From Octopus sinensis (Eukaryota), in contig NW_021832837.1 of assembly GCF_006345805.1 (NCBI RefSeq), forward strand, positions 1 to 64,000: a stretch of 64,000 bases of DNA, written 5' to 3'. Position 1 is the first letter of the stretch. Each line of letters opens with the position of its first letter. Positions 1 to 12,238 of this stretch are shown one piece after another. The translations under genes were made by a program, and so were the position numbers. Below the pieces are notes generated by a model, which saw only the letters and a program-made list of their open reading frames with translations, did not search any database and had not been told where the DNA came from.

Positions 1-659
1 TCATACTTAATTCGATTGTTATTCTATGCGAAGGACAATGGTCTACAACCAAAAGTATCTTTTTTTGTTTTTGTTTGAGAGTCTTGTTCCAATTATACAA
101 CCATTCGTTAAATATTTCCATGTTCATCCAAGCCTTTGAAGAATTCCGGTATTGTAAATATTCATCAACGTTCAAGTTTTTAAAACACCTTGGTTTCTTA
201 AACTGCCCGATCATCAAAGGGGTTCTTTTATCGGATCCAGTCATATTTGCGCAAAGCATTAATGGAAATCTGAAAATTGGCTAAAAATGTTAAACCTATC
301 TTTAAGTAATTTTTGTCCTGGTCGGCGTTTCCTGCAGACACTTTTTGATGGAATGGTCTTGTAAAATACGCCGGTTTCGTCGGCATTATAAACATTTTCT
401 GAACCATATTCATTTATTTTAGAAGAGATAATTTTTTTAAAGTCTTCGATTTGGTCTTTGAACTCATCCGCAGTATATCCCAATTCACCATGAAAAATTC
501 TTAGTTTTACATTGTGCCTTTTTTTGAACTTTTCAAGCCATCCTTTACTGGCTTTAAATTCGAAGAGACCGTTTAACGCAGCAATTTCAGTTGCTTTCGA
601 CAAAATTATCTCATCATTGAGGCAAACTCCAATAGATTCCATGTAATCTATCCCGGCAA

Positions 660-848
660 TGAATGATGAATGAATGAATTTTTATTAACGGAAAAGCCGA
701 AAAAGAGGGAGAAAGTTAATGAGACAACGTATGCCTCTTCTTCGTTGTTTCCCTCTTTTTTTTTTTTTTTTTTTTTAAACTTAATTCGGAGAAGAAAAGG
801 CTCTCTCAAGAACACTTCCAACCGTTTTTCCGTCGCGTCTCCATCACT
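660..848 (-). mobile_element. 5'-truncated 3' end of the (ATGA)n-tailed LINE family (same family as 17289-19042)
   Basis: Aligns by eye to 17289-17465 (gaaaagccgaaaaa...ctctctcaagaacacttccaaccg...ccgtcgcgtct). Tail reads gaatgatgaatgaatgaat on the + strand. Removing it restores the Tigger frame (..IDSEI|IA..). Confidence 0.85.
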
Positions 849-1036
849 TGATTTCAGAATCAATTGCTGAATATCTAAGTTTCGAAAAACGAGACTTCTC
901 CCATAAATTGGATTAATTCCAAGAATCTTCTGTTTGTTCAATTTAAGATCGTTAATTGCACTCTCGAAATTGATTTTTTGAAACGCGACGAAAATTTCTG
1001 AAACACGCCTTAACTTAGAGAAGAATTTATCATAAG

Positions 1037-2777
1037 CAGGGTTGTTAAAAATCATGATTTTTTTCAAAAAAATCAAAAAAATCTGATTTTTTTGATTTAA
1101 TCACGATTTTTTTGATTTAATCAGATTTTTTTGAATTAAATGATCTTTATTTCAAAACGACCTTTCCACCTGGCTTATCAGAGAACCTCTCTCTTGTACA
1201 TAAACACTGAAAACGGCCACGCAGAACGATCTATCGTAGTTCCTTATGTCCACCGGGATCACTTAACTAGTTTGCATTACGCTTTCTTTCTTTGTGGTCT
1301 TCGGGTTATAAATAAATAAATATTTCAAAGCGAACTAAAATAAAAACAAAAACAATGGAAATCGTTTTTATTTATTTAAAAGCTTGTAAATGGAAACAAG
1401 TTTGGCTGCTTTTTCGATCCCCAGCCTATTGCGTACATTTGAATGTAGAAATCCGAATGTTGAAAAGATTCTTTCTATTCCACTGTCGAAGCAACTGCTC
1501 CAAGAATTTTTTTGCATAGTGAAATTACTTGTGAAGGTAACTGGTATGAATTCGACTCCCACCAAGCTATAGGTGATACTTTACTCAATAAATTCGGAGC
1601 AAACATGTATTGTTTAAATGGATCAGCTTTTGCTCTGAAATTAATCAGAGTCGGAAGTGCATATTCATAATTTTGAGCACAATAACTCAATGCAATGTCA
1701 ATCTCAACATTTGAAAGAGATTTCCCACTACATGTCGGGTCGATCAAATTCGCAAGTAAGTGGAAAGGTGTTAATGCTTGTTTTGCTCGAATTCTCACTT
1801 TTCCTAAAATATTCGTACATCCATTGTCAATATATGTCTGTTCAAGTTCTTTCCAATTTTCTACAGCATGACTAATCGTGGTAGAATCATTCTGAATTTT
1901 ATCTAAAGCGACAGCAATTGGTTTAATAAGCATCCATAAGTAATTATTTCATTGCCATCTTCCATCATTATCCGTCTCATTTTAGTCATGTTGGCAGCAT
2001 TATCCGTTACAAGACTGCCGATTTTACATCCAACCGTTGTTCAGCCATTGTGCGGAGGCTAAAGCAACAGATTGAAGATATTCCGCAGTGTGGCTATATC
2101 CGAAGTGTCCACAGTGTCAATGAGATAATTTTCCCCATCTGATGTCACAACCGAGACACAAATAACGGTTCATTATGAATGTTGCTCCACCCGTCCAACA
2201 TCATAGACACTGTTTTTGTCCTGGAGTCTTTGTCGACAGTCTTCATGTATTTGGTCGTACACATGATCAAGTAATGTACACCATTTGATGACGAGAGGGT
2301 AAACGATACCCAGGAAGAAGCATTTGGACGAATTTGACAAATTCGGGATGTTCTACAGCAGCAACGGAGTGTTTGTAGAAAATATGTATCTAGCGAGTTG
2401 TCAGATCCATCAAATCTTTCTTAGATGAAGTCGTCGTAGTTACGAATTGATTAATGAATGGTCCTTCATCCTTGGAGGAAATTCGCTTTCAGTCTCGGCA
2501 TATTTTCAGGGATATCAATATTACTTCGACATAATAAATGATGCTGCCTCATCCGAGATACAAGACCTTGTATGTCCTTCCCACAATTACGACATCTGCA
2601 CGGCTTCCGGTCTTTCCAGGAATAATACGTTTATCAAAATAAGCCCACAAAGATCACGCTTTCTTCCAGACATTTAAAAAATTAAATGATTTTTTTGATT
2701 TTTTTGATTTTTTTTAATGATTTAAATCATTGATTTTTATTGTTGATTAAAATCAATGATTTAAATCTAACAACCTG
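1037..2777 (-). mobile_element. hAT (DUF659-type) DNA transposon, internally deleted, transposase pseudogene
   Basis: TIRs CAGGGTTGTTA.. and ..TAACAACCTG; flanks TCATAAG / TCAATAAG (8-bp TSD with one indel). BED-like finger CRNCGKDIQGLVSRMRQHHLLC, motif VTDNAANM, and hAT dimerisation domain WW..../ERIFSTFGFLHSNVRNRL. Confidence 0.88.
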
Positions 2778-3331
2778 TCAATAAGATAATTTATAATTTC
2801 TCTTTTTTGATCATAAGATAATCTTGAGCACTTCCTCATGTTACAAAAAAAACACGCGGTATAAATATTTGAAAAAATTATTTTTTTTAATAATAAATTT
2901 TAATTTTTTAATACTAAAACGTGGCGAGTAAGAGAATTTGGCGAGCAATGGAATTTCCTTAGTAAAAATGGCATTTTTTCTAAAAAAGTGGCGAGTTATA
3001 GAAATGGCGAGCAATAGAATTGGCGAGCAATAGAGGGTAAACTGTATTTATATTCTATTACACAAATGTCGCCGGCTAGAATGGCTAAGGCGCCTAATTG
3101 ACGAGGTTTAAAAAATTAATATTCATTAATTTAAACACGCTTAGAAAAGGGTTAACCAAAATGTTCTTTATCTTTTTCATTAACACTTCACCAGATCTTG
3201 ATTTGTTAAGTATATTTATATAGATACGATAAATGGATCTTATTATCCGAAGAGTACTCAGAGAGAATTACGTCCACGTGTTGCCAATAAATAAAAAGAG
3301 AGTATACTTGTCTTCCGGGCAGTTAGGACAT

Positions 3332-3683
3332 AGAATAGAATATAAGTTTATTAAAACAATATAGCCAACAATAAAAAGAAAAGTCCAAGAAATTAGCTTT
3401 TAGCGAACATGAGAACGAGAACCACAAAGGTCTCAACTGCAGTTTAGCCCCAGAAGATTTGTCTGATCTCTTTTCTACGAATTCGAGTCTTGTTAAGGAT
3501 CGCTTCTATCGTGTCAATTCTTCGCTCATGCGAGTCCTCCAGCGGCCTGCTGAACTCGAGACCGAATGTCACTTTGATAGCAAATCGTATGGTTTTTTCG
3601 AATTTAGCAATAAGACAATCACTTTCGTCTGTTTGGTACTATCCCTCCAAACCATTGAGTATTAGTGGCTGAACACAGGCTTG
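3332..3683 (-). mobile_element. 5'-truncated LINE 3' end with (TAGAA)n tail, related to the 17289-19042 family
   Basis: 10-bp TSD GTTAGGACAT (3322-3331, 3684-3693). Minus translation ACVQPLILNGLEG*YQT...KFEKTIRFAIKVTFGLEFSRPL parallels TCVEPLITYEFEGWYAT...KLEKTRRYAIKLANGLQLDQPI of ORF 17390-18034. Confidence 0.8.
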
Positions 3684-3849
3684 GTTAGGACATGGACTGA
3701 GAAACATCGCCACTTAAATGAGCGAATTCTTATTAAGGCTGCCATTGGGTCAAGTGTGTCTCAAAGGAAGGCTGCCATCCCTGCTGTAAAAAAAGCGCGT
3801 GGTACACACCTAAGCATAATAAAAAACTAAGTGTAGTGTAAGTATGACT

Positions 3850-4440
3850 TGGATGTTATCCAAGTTAATTTGAAAGAGATGATCAAACTTCAGAGAAAAG
3901 AAATTTCATTAATTTACTCAGATCCTTATTTCGTAAAGCATGAAATGCACAAGTACCCTATAATTCATAAACATATTGTGAAATATGGCGTAAATATAAG
4001 AAACTGGGCTTTCTTCTTGGTGACGCAGACGATATTACAAAAAAGACATTTACTTACGCCGCATTACATAAACTGAGAAAGATCTGGCTCGACTGCAGAG
4101 GACTTGACATTTAAAGAAGAGTTCCTCTTTACACTAGTGAAACCAATAATCTTCTACAACTCGGGAACATGGGCTCGTACAAGAAAAAGATAAATTTTTC
4201 ACAGAGATCAGCTATGACTAACCCTGTCTTTGCAAACATCAATCCAGAATGTAGTCCGGGATCCTCCACAAAAGGACAGGAACTATTCCAAGCTGGAAGA
4301 GGATTCTGGAGGAAAGATGGAGATTGTTTCGTCACATACTCAGGATGGACATAGATCCGGTCATGGAGGATCACTTTGCTTTGGAAGCAGCACGTTTCAG
4401 AGAACAACTAATTACAACATGATTTTTTATCTTTCTTTTT
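3850..4440 (+). pseudogene. RTE-like LINE reverse transcriptase C-terminal fragment, frameshifted
   Basis: Translated pieces KKLGFLLGDADDITK, AALHKLRKIW and ERWRLFRHILRMDIDP match the family at 51179-51700 (KKLGSLLGDSEDISRR) and 62975-64000. Confidence 0.7.
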
Positions 4441-6023
4441 AATGATATTCAGTAATAAATAAAATCTGAAAATGATTTTCCAGGGAAACTCGGTCGCTGT
4501 GCTTCGCGAAAACTGTTATTTAATACGCAGCGTGGCGTCGTTGAGCTGACCCTTAGACTTTCGACTATTATTTTAGCTACTTACTTAGCTAGCATTTAAT
4601 TTTGTTTTTGAACTTTCGTTAATTATAAAAAATTATGTACTAAAGATGATCTCTATAAAATGAACATATCGAATAATAACCACAAGTAGAATAGATTTAA
4701 ATTTGAAATAAAAGTGCATTGATAATTTCATTTTTGAGTATGCTGCTTGGTATTGTTTGAATGAGTTCTCGAAACCAAGGGTTTCTTTAGATTGGATAGT
4801 AGCAGTTTGATTTTTAGATCACTTACAGGTAAATTAAAAAACGATTATTTAATTGTTCATAGATTAACTTATATAATGTCAGTTTAGAATGACGGTTATC
4901 AAAGCAACCAATACTAATTGATAGATCAGTAATTGCGGTTAGTAACAACAATTCGAACTGAGTAGCTCTAAATATTATTACTTATAGCTTTAGGACAAAG
5001 TTATCAATTAAAATAATCTATCTAGAATGAATGAAATTTATTCTCATACACGTGCACTATATATGTATAATTATCATATTCATAATGTATTACTCATATC
5101 TAAATTTTTTGATAAATCACAGATTAAATCATTTTTGATACGATTAGCCAAAATTAAGTTACAAAAAAAATTTGTAAATTCTAATCTATTAGCAAATTTA
5201 ATATTTCTGATTCTTGTTTCCTGATGAATCTGTCAGAATAAGCTTATTCAAAGATTAAATGATAGTTGAGTATCTTTTCTGGAAAATATGGAAGGAACCA
5301 TCAATAATCGAGGATTTTTAAAACTGCAGATCTGTAATAATAAAGAAAGCATTGTATGAAAGCATCATCCATGTTACGAAGATTTTAAACTATCTTATTT
5401 ATTACATTTAAAGAATCGTTAATAGTCAACAGCATTACTCAGTTGGACTTTCAATTTTATTTAGGTGGAATTCTCATGGGAAACTCACTAACTTGTCAAA
5501 TACCGACAGCAATAAAGCATCCTGCGCCATAAGCAGAACGCTTCTTTCAATTTTGTAGGGACATCGGTGGGTTCCAGCCCAAAGACAGTTTTAATTAGAT
5601 CAGTTAGTTAATCAATTTTAGCCATTCTCTTATTTGTATGACTGATGGTTCTCTAAACATATTTATGAGAGTTTGCCTTGTAGTTCTGTTCCGACGGTTT
5701 TATAAGTTGAACTTGAGTTATGGTAATTTCTGAAGTCGGTTTTGACAACATAAATCATAATTTGAGGCTTTTTGCTCAGAATTTTTAAGATAAGACAAAA
5801 ATTAGGTCATAAAGTGACCCAATTCTCTTTTAACCATTTCTTAACAAAACCAAAAATTTTGTAACAGAATAAAGATTGGAAATAAATTTCTTTTTTAAAA
5901 TATTCAGCTTCACTTACGGAAATGCCCTAAGCAACAAGATTGATTATTCAGCGCTGCATTTTATAATTTAAATACTCGTTTGTGACGTTTTATCTGGGTT
6001 ACAGCTGCTTTGCTTTGTTTGAA

Positions 6024-7222
6024 ATGATAAATGGCCAGAATCTGACTAACCCCACATCTCCAGGGAAATTAAACGATGTTCAAACATCGACCAATCTGAC
6101 ATATTATCTAGAGCAGTTGCTATGGGACAAATATATGATAGATTGCATGCCAAATATGTTTTTATGTGGTGACAAGCTGATCAATGAAGGTTTCTGACTT
6201 GATTAGTTGATTTAGAACAGAAATCAATCGTGTAAAATCCCTCCTTTTGAATACAAAAGATGATAATATTTGCGAAAAAGACTGGATCAGTAGAGGTCCA
6301 ATTGTTTCCTTATCAGAAAAGTTATTTGTACCTGTAAAGGAGCATCCGGATGTATTTATATCATTTTTTGAATTTGAAGTTCAATTTTGTCGGACGAATA
6401 CTTGGTCCTCGAGGAATGACTGCAAAGCAACTTGAGCAAAGAACTGGCTGTAAAATCATGGTTAGAGGAAGGGGATCTATGAGGGATAAGCATAAGGTTA
6501 TTAATATAATAATTCCGGATTAATTACCATAAATTGTCCTCTTATTTTAACTGTGGTTTCCTTTTTGTTTGTGGCAATCAATTGTGGTTTCCAATTATTT
6601 TACTTGTTTTTAGGAAGAACAAAATCGTGGGAAACCGAATTGGGAACATTTGAATGATGATCTTCACGTGCTAATTACCGTAGAAGACTGCAAAGAAATT
6701 GCAGAAGCCAAGATTGAGAAGGCGAAACGAGAAATGGAAAAATTGTTGATTCCTTCGGTAAATTTTGTTAAATGACTTCCTGCAAGGTTGATGGAGAAGA
6801 CGAGCTTAAAAGACTTCAATTAATGGAGTTAGCACTTCTTAACGGGACATACAGAAATGAAGGTCACGATGGACATCTCAAAAATGGTTATTTGTCCTAT
6901 TTCAGTTAAACAAGATTTGAGTCCGATCAATCGCCCAGTTGTTTCCCCTGGGTTTATTTTCCCGCCATATTATCATCAAAATACAAATTCAGAATATTCC
7001 GACAGTTCAAAGTCGACTCCAGTATTTCAAAACAAATCTTCTTTGAATAACCAAATGGGATTTGTGAACTACGGCTACCAAAGTCCGTTTTCACCATACT
7101 TTCCTGGCTCTGGAGATATGAGTGGACTGTTTTATGTCGATCCATATACCCCTCTAGGGGGATCTGCTTATTTCGGGAACTCAGAAAACTCTGAAGCATC
7201 TGCCAAATTCACGTGTGAGTGA
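6024..7222 (+). CDS. QKI: STAR-family KH-domain RNA-binding protein (quaking/held-out-wings/GLD-1 type), multi-exon
   Basis: Spliced model gives QUA1 ([19 protein letters not shown]), KH ([12 protein letters not shown]|[53 protein letters not shown]) and QUA2 ([19 protein letters not shown]), then a P/Y-rich tail. GT-AG introns of 31, 28, ~115, 29 and 43 nt; exact 3' end uncertain. Confidence 0.93.
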
Positions 7223-7593
7223 TCTTGTTGCGGGGATATGTTTTTATGGCAGTATTTAAATTAGTCCTATTTTGGGGATTTATTTATGGAATTTTTGTTA
7301 ACATTTTTTCATTCTTAAGCTGTCTAAAAAGTAGAACTTTTTTATAAATTGGCATTGGGTTAAGAAATTAACTTTTCAGATTGAAAAAATAATATTTTCT
7401 ACCTCCTGTATAGTTCGATGTGTTTTTTCTTTTAATCGGCTAAAGTGATCATTTTTTAGCTTAGATTTTAAAATATTTTAAATCTAGAAAATGTTAAATA
7501 AACAAAAAAGTATTCAAGGGATCGGAAAGTTACTAGTTTAAAAAGATAACATTATACTTCACTGTCATGTTGAATTGCAATTTTAACGAGTAA

Positions 7594-9875
7594 TTAGTTA
7601 GTTAGTTACCCCGGTTTCTCTAGCATGTAGGAAGCCGGCTGCAATCAGGTAGCGGACAGCGGCGATCGGGCGCTCCCAGAGATCCCGAATCCCAATAGGT
7701 GGCGACTGGTGAGGCGGTCCAAGACAGGAAAAAAAATCTTCAGGGGCGAGGGTGCGGAGTGTTTCGAAAAAGAGTGGATGATGTCCCGAGCGAAGTCGTG
7801 CAAGCTGGACATGGAAGTACCTGTCGAGTGATTGCTCTGAAGAATGGACTGGTGGCGAAGGAGAATCAAGGAGTTTGTTATTTTTAAGCATCCTGATAGC
7901 ACGAGTTGAGATGTAATCGTGAATTAATTTCTTCCCAGTTTTCCCATTGTTCGTTAAGAGTATTTTTGAAAGAGGTCTGCATTGATCGGCTAGAGTAGTG
8001 ATAATATGTCTTTTGTTTTCTGAGATAGAGATTTTGTGGCATGGATGAGATATTTCTTGTATTTCGTAGAGGAATTGAAATCCTCTCATCTTCAAATGGT
8101 CTTCGAACGGAAGGATACAAGATTCCCAATGAAGATGATCGATGGGAGTGGAGGCTAGGCAGCCAGTTATTGTGCGGAGGCCTGAGTTTTGGATTCTTTG
8201 TAGTTCTTGGAGATTTGATAGAGAAAGGTTTTATGACCAAGCCGGACTACCATAGTTCATTGATGATTTGACAAATTGTCTGTAGACCAGAGCGAGGCAT
8301 TCTTTGGCTTGGCCATAAGATTGTCCTGATAAGGCACATAATGCGTTCAGCTTGCGTTTGACTTTGGTGGAAATGAACTTTACATGTTGCGTAAAAGAAA
8401 GGCATTGATCGAATACGATACCAAGGATTTTTGGGTTTTTTACAACAGGAATTCTTTCACCGGCCACATAGAGGGCTGGGTTTAAGTTGAATTGTCGTTT
8501 ATCAGAGGTAAAAACAGTAATAGATGATTTGGATGCTGAAGGAGTCATGACGATGAGGGATAGGAGAAGAGCAGATTTTTGAGCTTAGGACATGACGCGA
8601 AGTCCGGTCAAACGCTTTGCTGATATCAATCAATGCCAGAATTGTTCGTTGGGGAGAAGAGTAGTTGTTAAATCCGTCTGCAATGAAACTCGTTAGGGTA
8701 GATAGATGTGTTGTTGTTGAGTGCTGTGGTCGGAAACCAGGTTGTGACTTTGAGAAAGAGAGGAAAGGGTAAATTGATTTCAGGACAAATTTTTCTAGGA
8801 TTTTTGATATGACAGAGATAAGTGAGATTGGTTTGAACGAGGCGGGGTCGCAGGGGTCCTTATTGGGCTTCAAAATTGGAATTATAATAGATTTTTCCCA
8901 GACCATAGGTATTAGACATGAGTTTAGCGATGTTTTGAATATATCCGATAGTGCGATTAACCCATTTTGGCCAAGATTTTTCAGATGGTATATGCAAAGA
9001 CCGTCGGGTCCACAAGCGTGAGAATTCTTAGCGTTTTTGATGAGTTGGCTTATTTCAGAAATCGATATTGTGATTTCTGGAGAAGGGAAGTTTTTGTCGA
9101 GTTTAAGTTTTCGGCAACGGTTGTCTTTATCCATCTTCATGTGACTGATCTCCGCATAGTGATTCATGAGAGTATTTGCTTGTTCTCTGAAAGATTTTGT
9201 TTGCCCTTTTTTTGTTAAGGCAAGAGGCGTGTGAAGTTGTTTCGGCTGATTGTGATGTATGGATTCCTTTCAGAGCTCTCCAGAAATGCGAGAGCTTGGT
9301 TCTGTGGTCGAGAGAGGAGATAAATTCTGACCATTTATTTCTCTTAACCTTTGCGATCAACTGATTGATTTTCTCGTTGAGGGCAGACAATTCATGCACG
9401 TTTGTGCGGTTGTTCTTTTTCATTAAGCGTCTTTTTTGTATGAGATCTACTATTTCTCTGTTGAAGAATGGTTTAGCATTTTTGTGGAATCCTTTTGGCA
9501 CGTATTTCTTATCAGCCGCCAATATTGTCGATGTGAAGAATCGAATAGCGGAGTCTAGTGAGTTATGGCCTTCTACAGAGAAGCCTTCGAAGGCGGCTTC
9601 TGTATCTTGACGATAGGCGGCCCAATTTGTCTGGTTGTAATTGATGATAGTTTTTCGGAAAATGTCCCGAGGAGATAGGAGGCTGATTGCAATGAGAATC
9701 GGATTGTGGTCCGATGGGAGATCATAAATCACTGACCAATTTATGCGAGAGGAGATCGACGGGGAGCAGAGGGAGAGATCTGGAGAAGTGTTAGTGTCGC
9801 TAGGTCTCAGGGCACACCTTGTGTGTAAGTGTGGGTTGTTCAATATGACAAGATTTTCCAGTTGCGATATTAGTT
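7594..9875 (-). mobile_element. APE+RT LINE (I/Jockey-like), 5'-truncated, RT core partly deleted, (TAAC)n tail
   Basis: 16-bp TSD CAATTTTAACGAGTAA (7578-7593, 9876-9891). APE motif DLPSDHNPI; RT motifs FKPISLISVISKILEK, QPGFRPQHST and DISKAFD; C-terminal LARLRSGH; tail ttagttagttagtta on the + strand. Confidence 0.92.
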
Positions 9876-9984
9876 CAATTTTAACGAGTAAAATATTATT
9901 AATCAAACTTTAGTCTAATGTAGTCGACAAAAACCTTTGAAGTCAAGCCATCCAGTGAAAAAATTAACTATATTAACAAAAATA

Positions 9985-10333
9985 CAGTGCAACTCCTTAT
10001 TGGGGCAACCTCGGGGTTTGGCATTTGAATTTCTATTAGTAGTTTCTTTATTTATTCTTTAAAAAATAAACTCCTTATATTTTTAGTTGGAATTTTTAAA
10101 TTTTATTTTAATAATAACGTATTTGTTTCAATGAAAAATCGGAGATTACGAAGGTTTCAAAAACTAAAAATATAAATAGATTAATTCACAAATTAAAATT
10201 TGGAGAGAAAATAGCGAATCATTCTCCAACAAGTAAAGACTAAAGATTAAAATCGTTAAATGAATATTTTTTTAGTTTTAAGCTCATAAACGTATAATCA
10301 AAAAACCTAGTGCCCAAAAAAGGGGTTAGACTG
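9985..10333. mobile_element. MITE related to Tigger family B
   Basis: TA-flanked imperfect TIRs CAGTGCAACTCCTTATTGGGGCA / TGCCCAAAAAAGGGGTTAGACTG resemble the TIR CAGTATAACCTCCATTTGGGGCA at 26101. Confidence 0.75.
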
Positions 10334-10433
10334 TAATATTTTTAGTAGAAATAAGTTATAATGGTTTATTAACGGAAAAATAAAAAATTATAAAAACTAT
10401 TCAAAATGTATTTTTAATAAATTTTTAAAACAC

Positions 10434-11403
10434 ATGACCGATGTGAAGATAGATTTTTTGGCATCATATTTTGCAATGTAATAATAGGCTGGTGCCTGTT
10501 CAGGATTTGCAATTTCCGCTGGTCTATTCCCCATTGACACTATTAAAACCCGTCTACAGTCAAGCAAATCTTTCACCAATTCAGGAGGATTTTCCAAGCT
10601 CTATTCTGGGTTTTCCATCTCAGCAATCAGTTCTGTGTTTGATAGTAAAACATACAAATCCACTAAATCTTAGCTGCTTTATTTTTTTCTGCTTATGGCC
10701 TATCAAAGGAATATGTCACCTCACACATTACTGGACAAGAGACATTTGCATGTTACGTAATTTCCTCCTCGATTGCTGAGATTTGTGGTCATTTTAATAT
10801 TTATTTTAAGCTAGCTTGTTTTGTACGCGTTCCTGCCGAACTTGTAAAGCAAAGGCTTCAAGTCGGGACGTATAAAACTCCATTTAATGTTATAAAACAG
10901 ACCTATATATCTCAAGTTGTGGATACATTTATACTTTTAAGGGATTTAGAGGATTTTATCGTGGATTTAATATAACTTTGCTTAGAGAGTTGCCATTTAT
11001 TGTCAGTCAAATGGTCTTTTACGAGGAATTTACGAGACTATTGGCCGGTGAGTTTAATTTTTTGAAGTTTTTGAAGATAAATTTGACGAAGGGTCTCCAT
11101 TTTTATCTATTTCTTGTGGGTTTTTAGCCGGGTTTGGTTCGGCACTAATAACAACTCCTTTTGACGTAATAAAGACAAGGATAATGACTGAAAAAGTAAT
11201 TAATTATACTTTTTTATTAGCTCGGGAATGGTACAAGTTCAAAAATGTCAATATATTATTGCTGTAAAGATATTTATTCGAAAATGGGATTTTTTGGGTT
11301 TTTTACTGGAGTTGTTCCACGTGTTGTTTTTATTTCTTTTGGAGGAGTTTTGTTTTTTGGTGCATACGAGAATTCAAAGATTATTTTTAAAAAATATATT
11401 TAA
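10434..11403 (+). CDS. SLC25A26: Mitochondrial S-adenosylmethionine carrier, multi-exon
   Basis: Three carrier signatures: FPIDTIKTRLQS, RVPAELVKQRLQ and TTPFDVIKTRIM. Also GFYRGFNITLLRELPF and GVVPRVVFISFGGVLFFGAYE. Introns of 25-30 nt plus a 15-nt gap at 10473-10487. Confidence 0.92.
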
Positions 11404-12238
11404 TTAACTTTTGGTTTTTTATATGTGAAGGATACAATTTATTTCAAAAATAATGATATAGAAATGTTATATTTTGTTGCGTACCACCCTGGCGTTCAGG
11501 GTAGTGATCTGCTGATCTAAATGGTTGACAGGGCAACCTTTAGATTTGAAGGATAATGGTCAGACACTGAATTAAAAAGAAAAATAATTCATCATTTGAA
11601 AGGTTTTTGCGCCATTTCAATTAAAAATGGTTTCTACCGAAACATGTTATTTATATCATTATGGTTTCAGTCATTAGTTTACTTGAAAAAAATAGTGAAT
11701 AGCAAAATCCTTTTAATTTAATAATTTAACAATCAGTAACAACTGTTAAACCAGGAAAATATAAACTAATTGAAAAGACGAATCAATTTATAATAATTAA
11801 TGATAAACTTACGATTTATTTTTTAGAAAGGAATAATGAAATTTTTAATTTTACTGGGAACTTACAATTTTCCGTGAAGATAGCAAAAGCGATTCTTTAG
11901 ATTCTAAAGTTTAGAATACCCAGATGATCAAAGTCTTGGAGGAGATCCGTGCCCGAATCTCTAAAAAAACGTACGTTCATGCTTGTCAATGACACCCTTA
12001 GTCTTACAAACATAGAGGGCTAAAAACAGATTCCGGACAGACAGCATATTTTGTAATGTTCAATTTCTCACTAGCGAGAACATAAAAGTGGCCGAGTAGC
12101 TGTGTGCCCAGGTCTCGTCTCATACACAAGACTTTCTGGGCTTCTGAAATGAGTAGATACATTAATATTATAATTAATTTTTTTTAATTATTTTGTTTGA
12201 ATTTAAATAAAAATATATGCAAAAAACATATTTTTTAT

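Larger units (their letters stand above)
1..3044 (-). mobile_element. pogo/Tigger DNA transposon (family A), decayed, interrupted by a hAT element and a LINE fragment; other end lies outside the window
   Basis: The terminus CAGTTTACCCTCTATTGCTCGCCA (minus strand, ends 3044, TA at 3045-46) resembles the TIR at 22467. Minus-strand remnants: MRKCSRLSYDQKREIINYL (~2840-2780), CENP-B HTH FKASKGWLEKFKKRH, and DDE_1 motifs VYNADETGVFYK and KILLVVDHCPSH, with frameshifts. Confidence 0.9.

Noticed and set aside
648-1076. 142-aa ORF as a real gene
   Set aside because: It is a chimera spanning a hAT end, Tigger HTH remnant and LINE 3' UTR, including a poly-T/A run.
10473-10487. Ciliate-type genetic code (TAA/TAG = Gln) explaining the in-frame stops
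   Set aside because: SLC25A26, NDUFA5, VPS26C, SOD2 and the PDZ genes end at TAA at the expected positions, and read-through would insert five residues into a conserved helix.
11483-11560. Hairpin ACCCTG-GCGTT-CAGGGT as an snRNA/snoRNA
   Set aside because: A single 6-bp stem with no Sm site or convincing C/D or H/ACA boxes.
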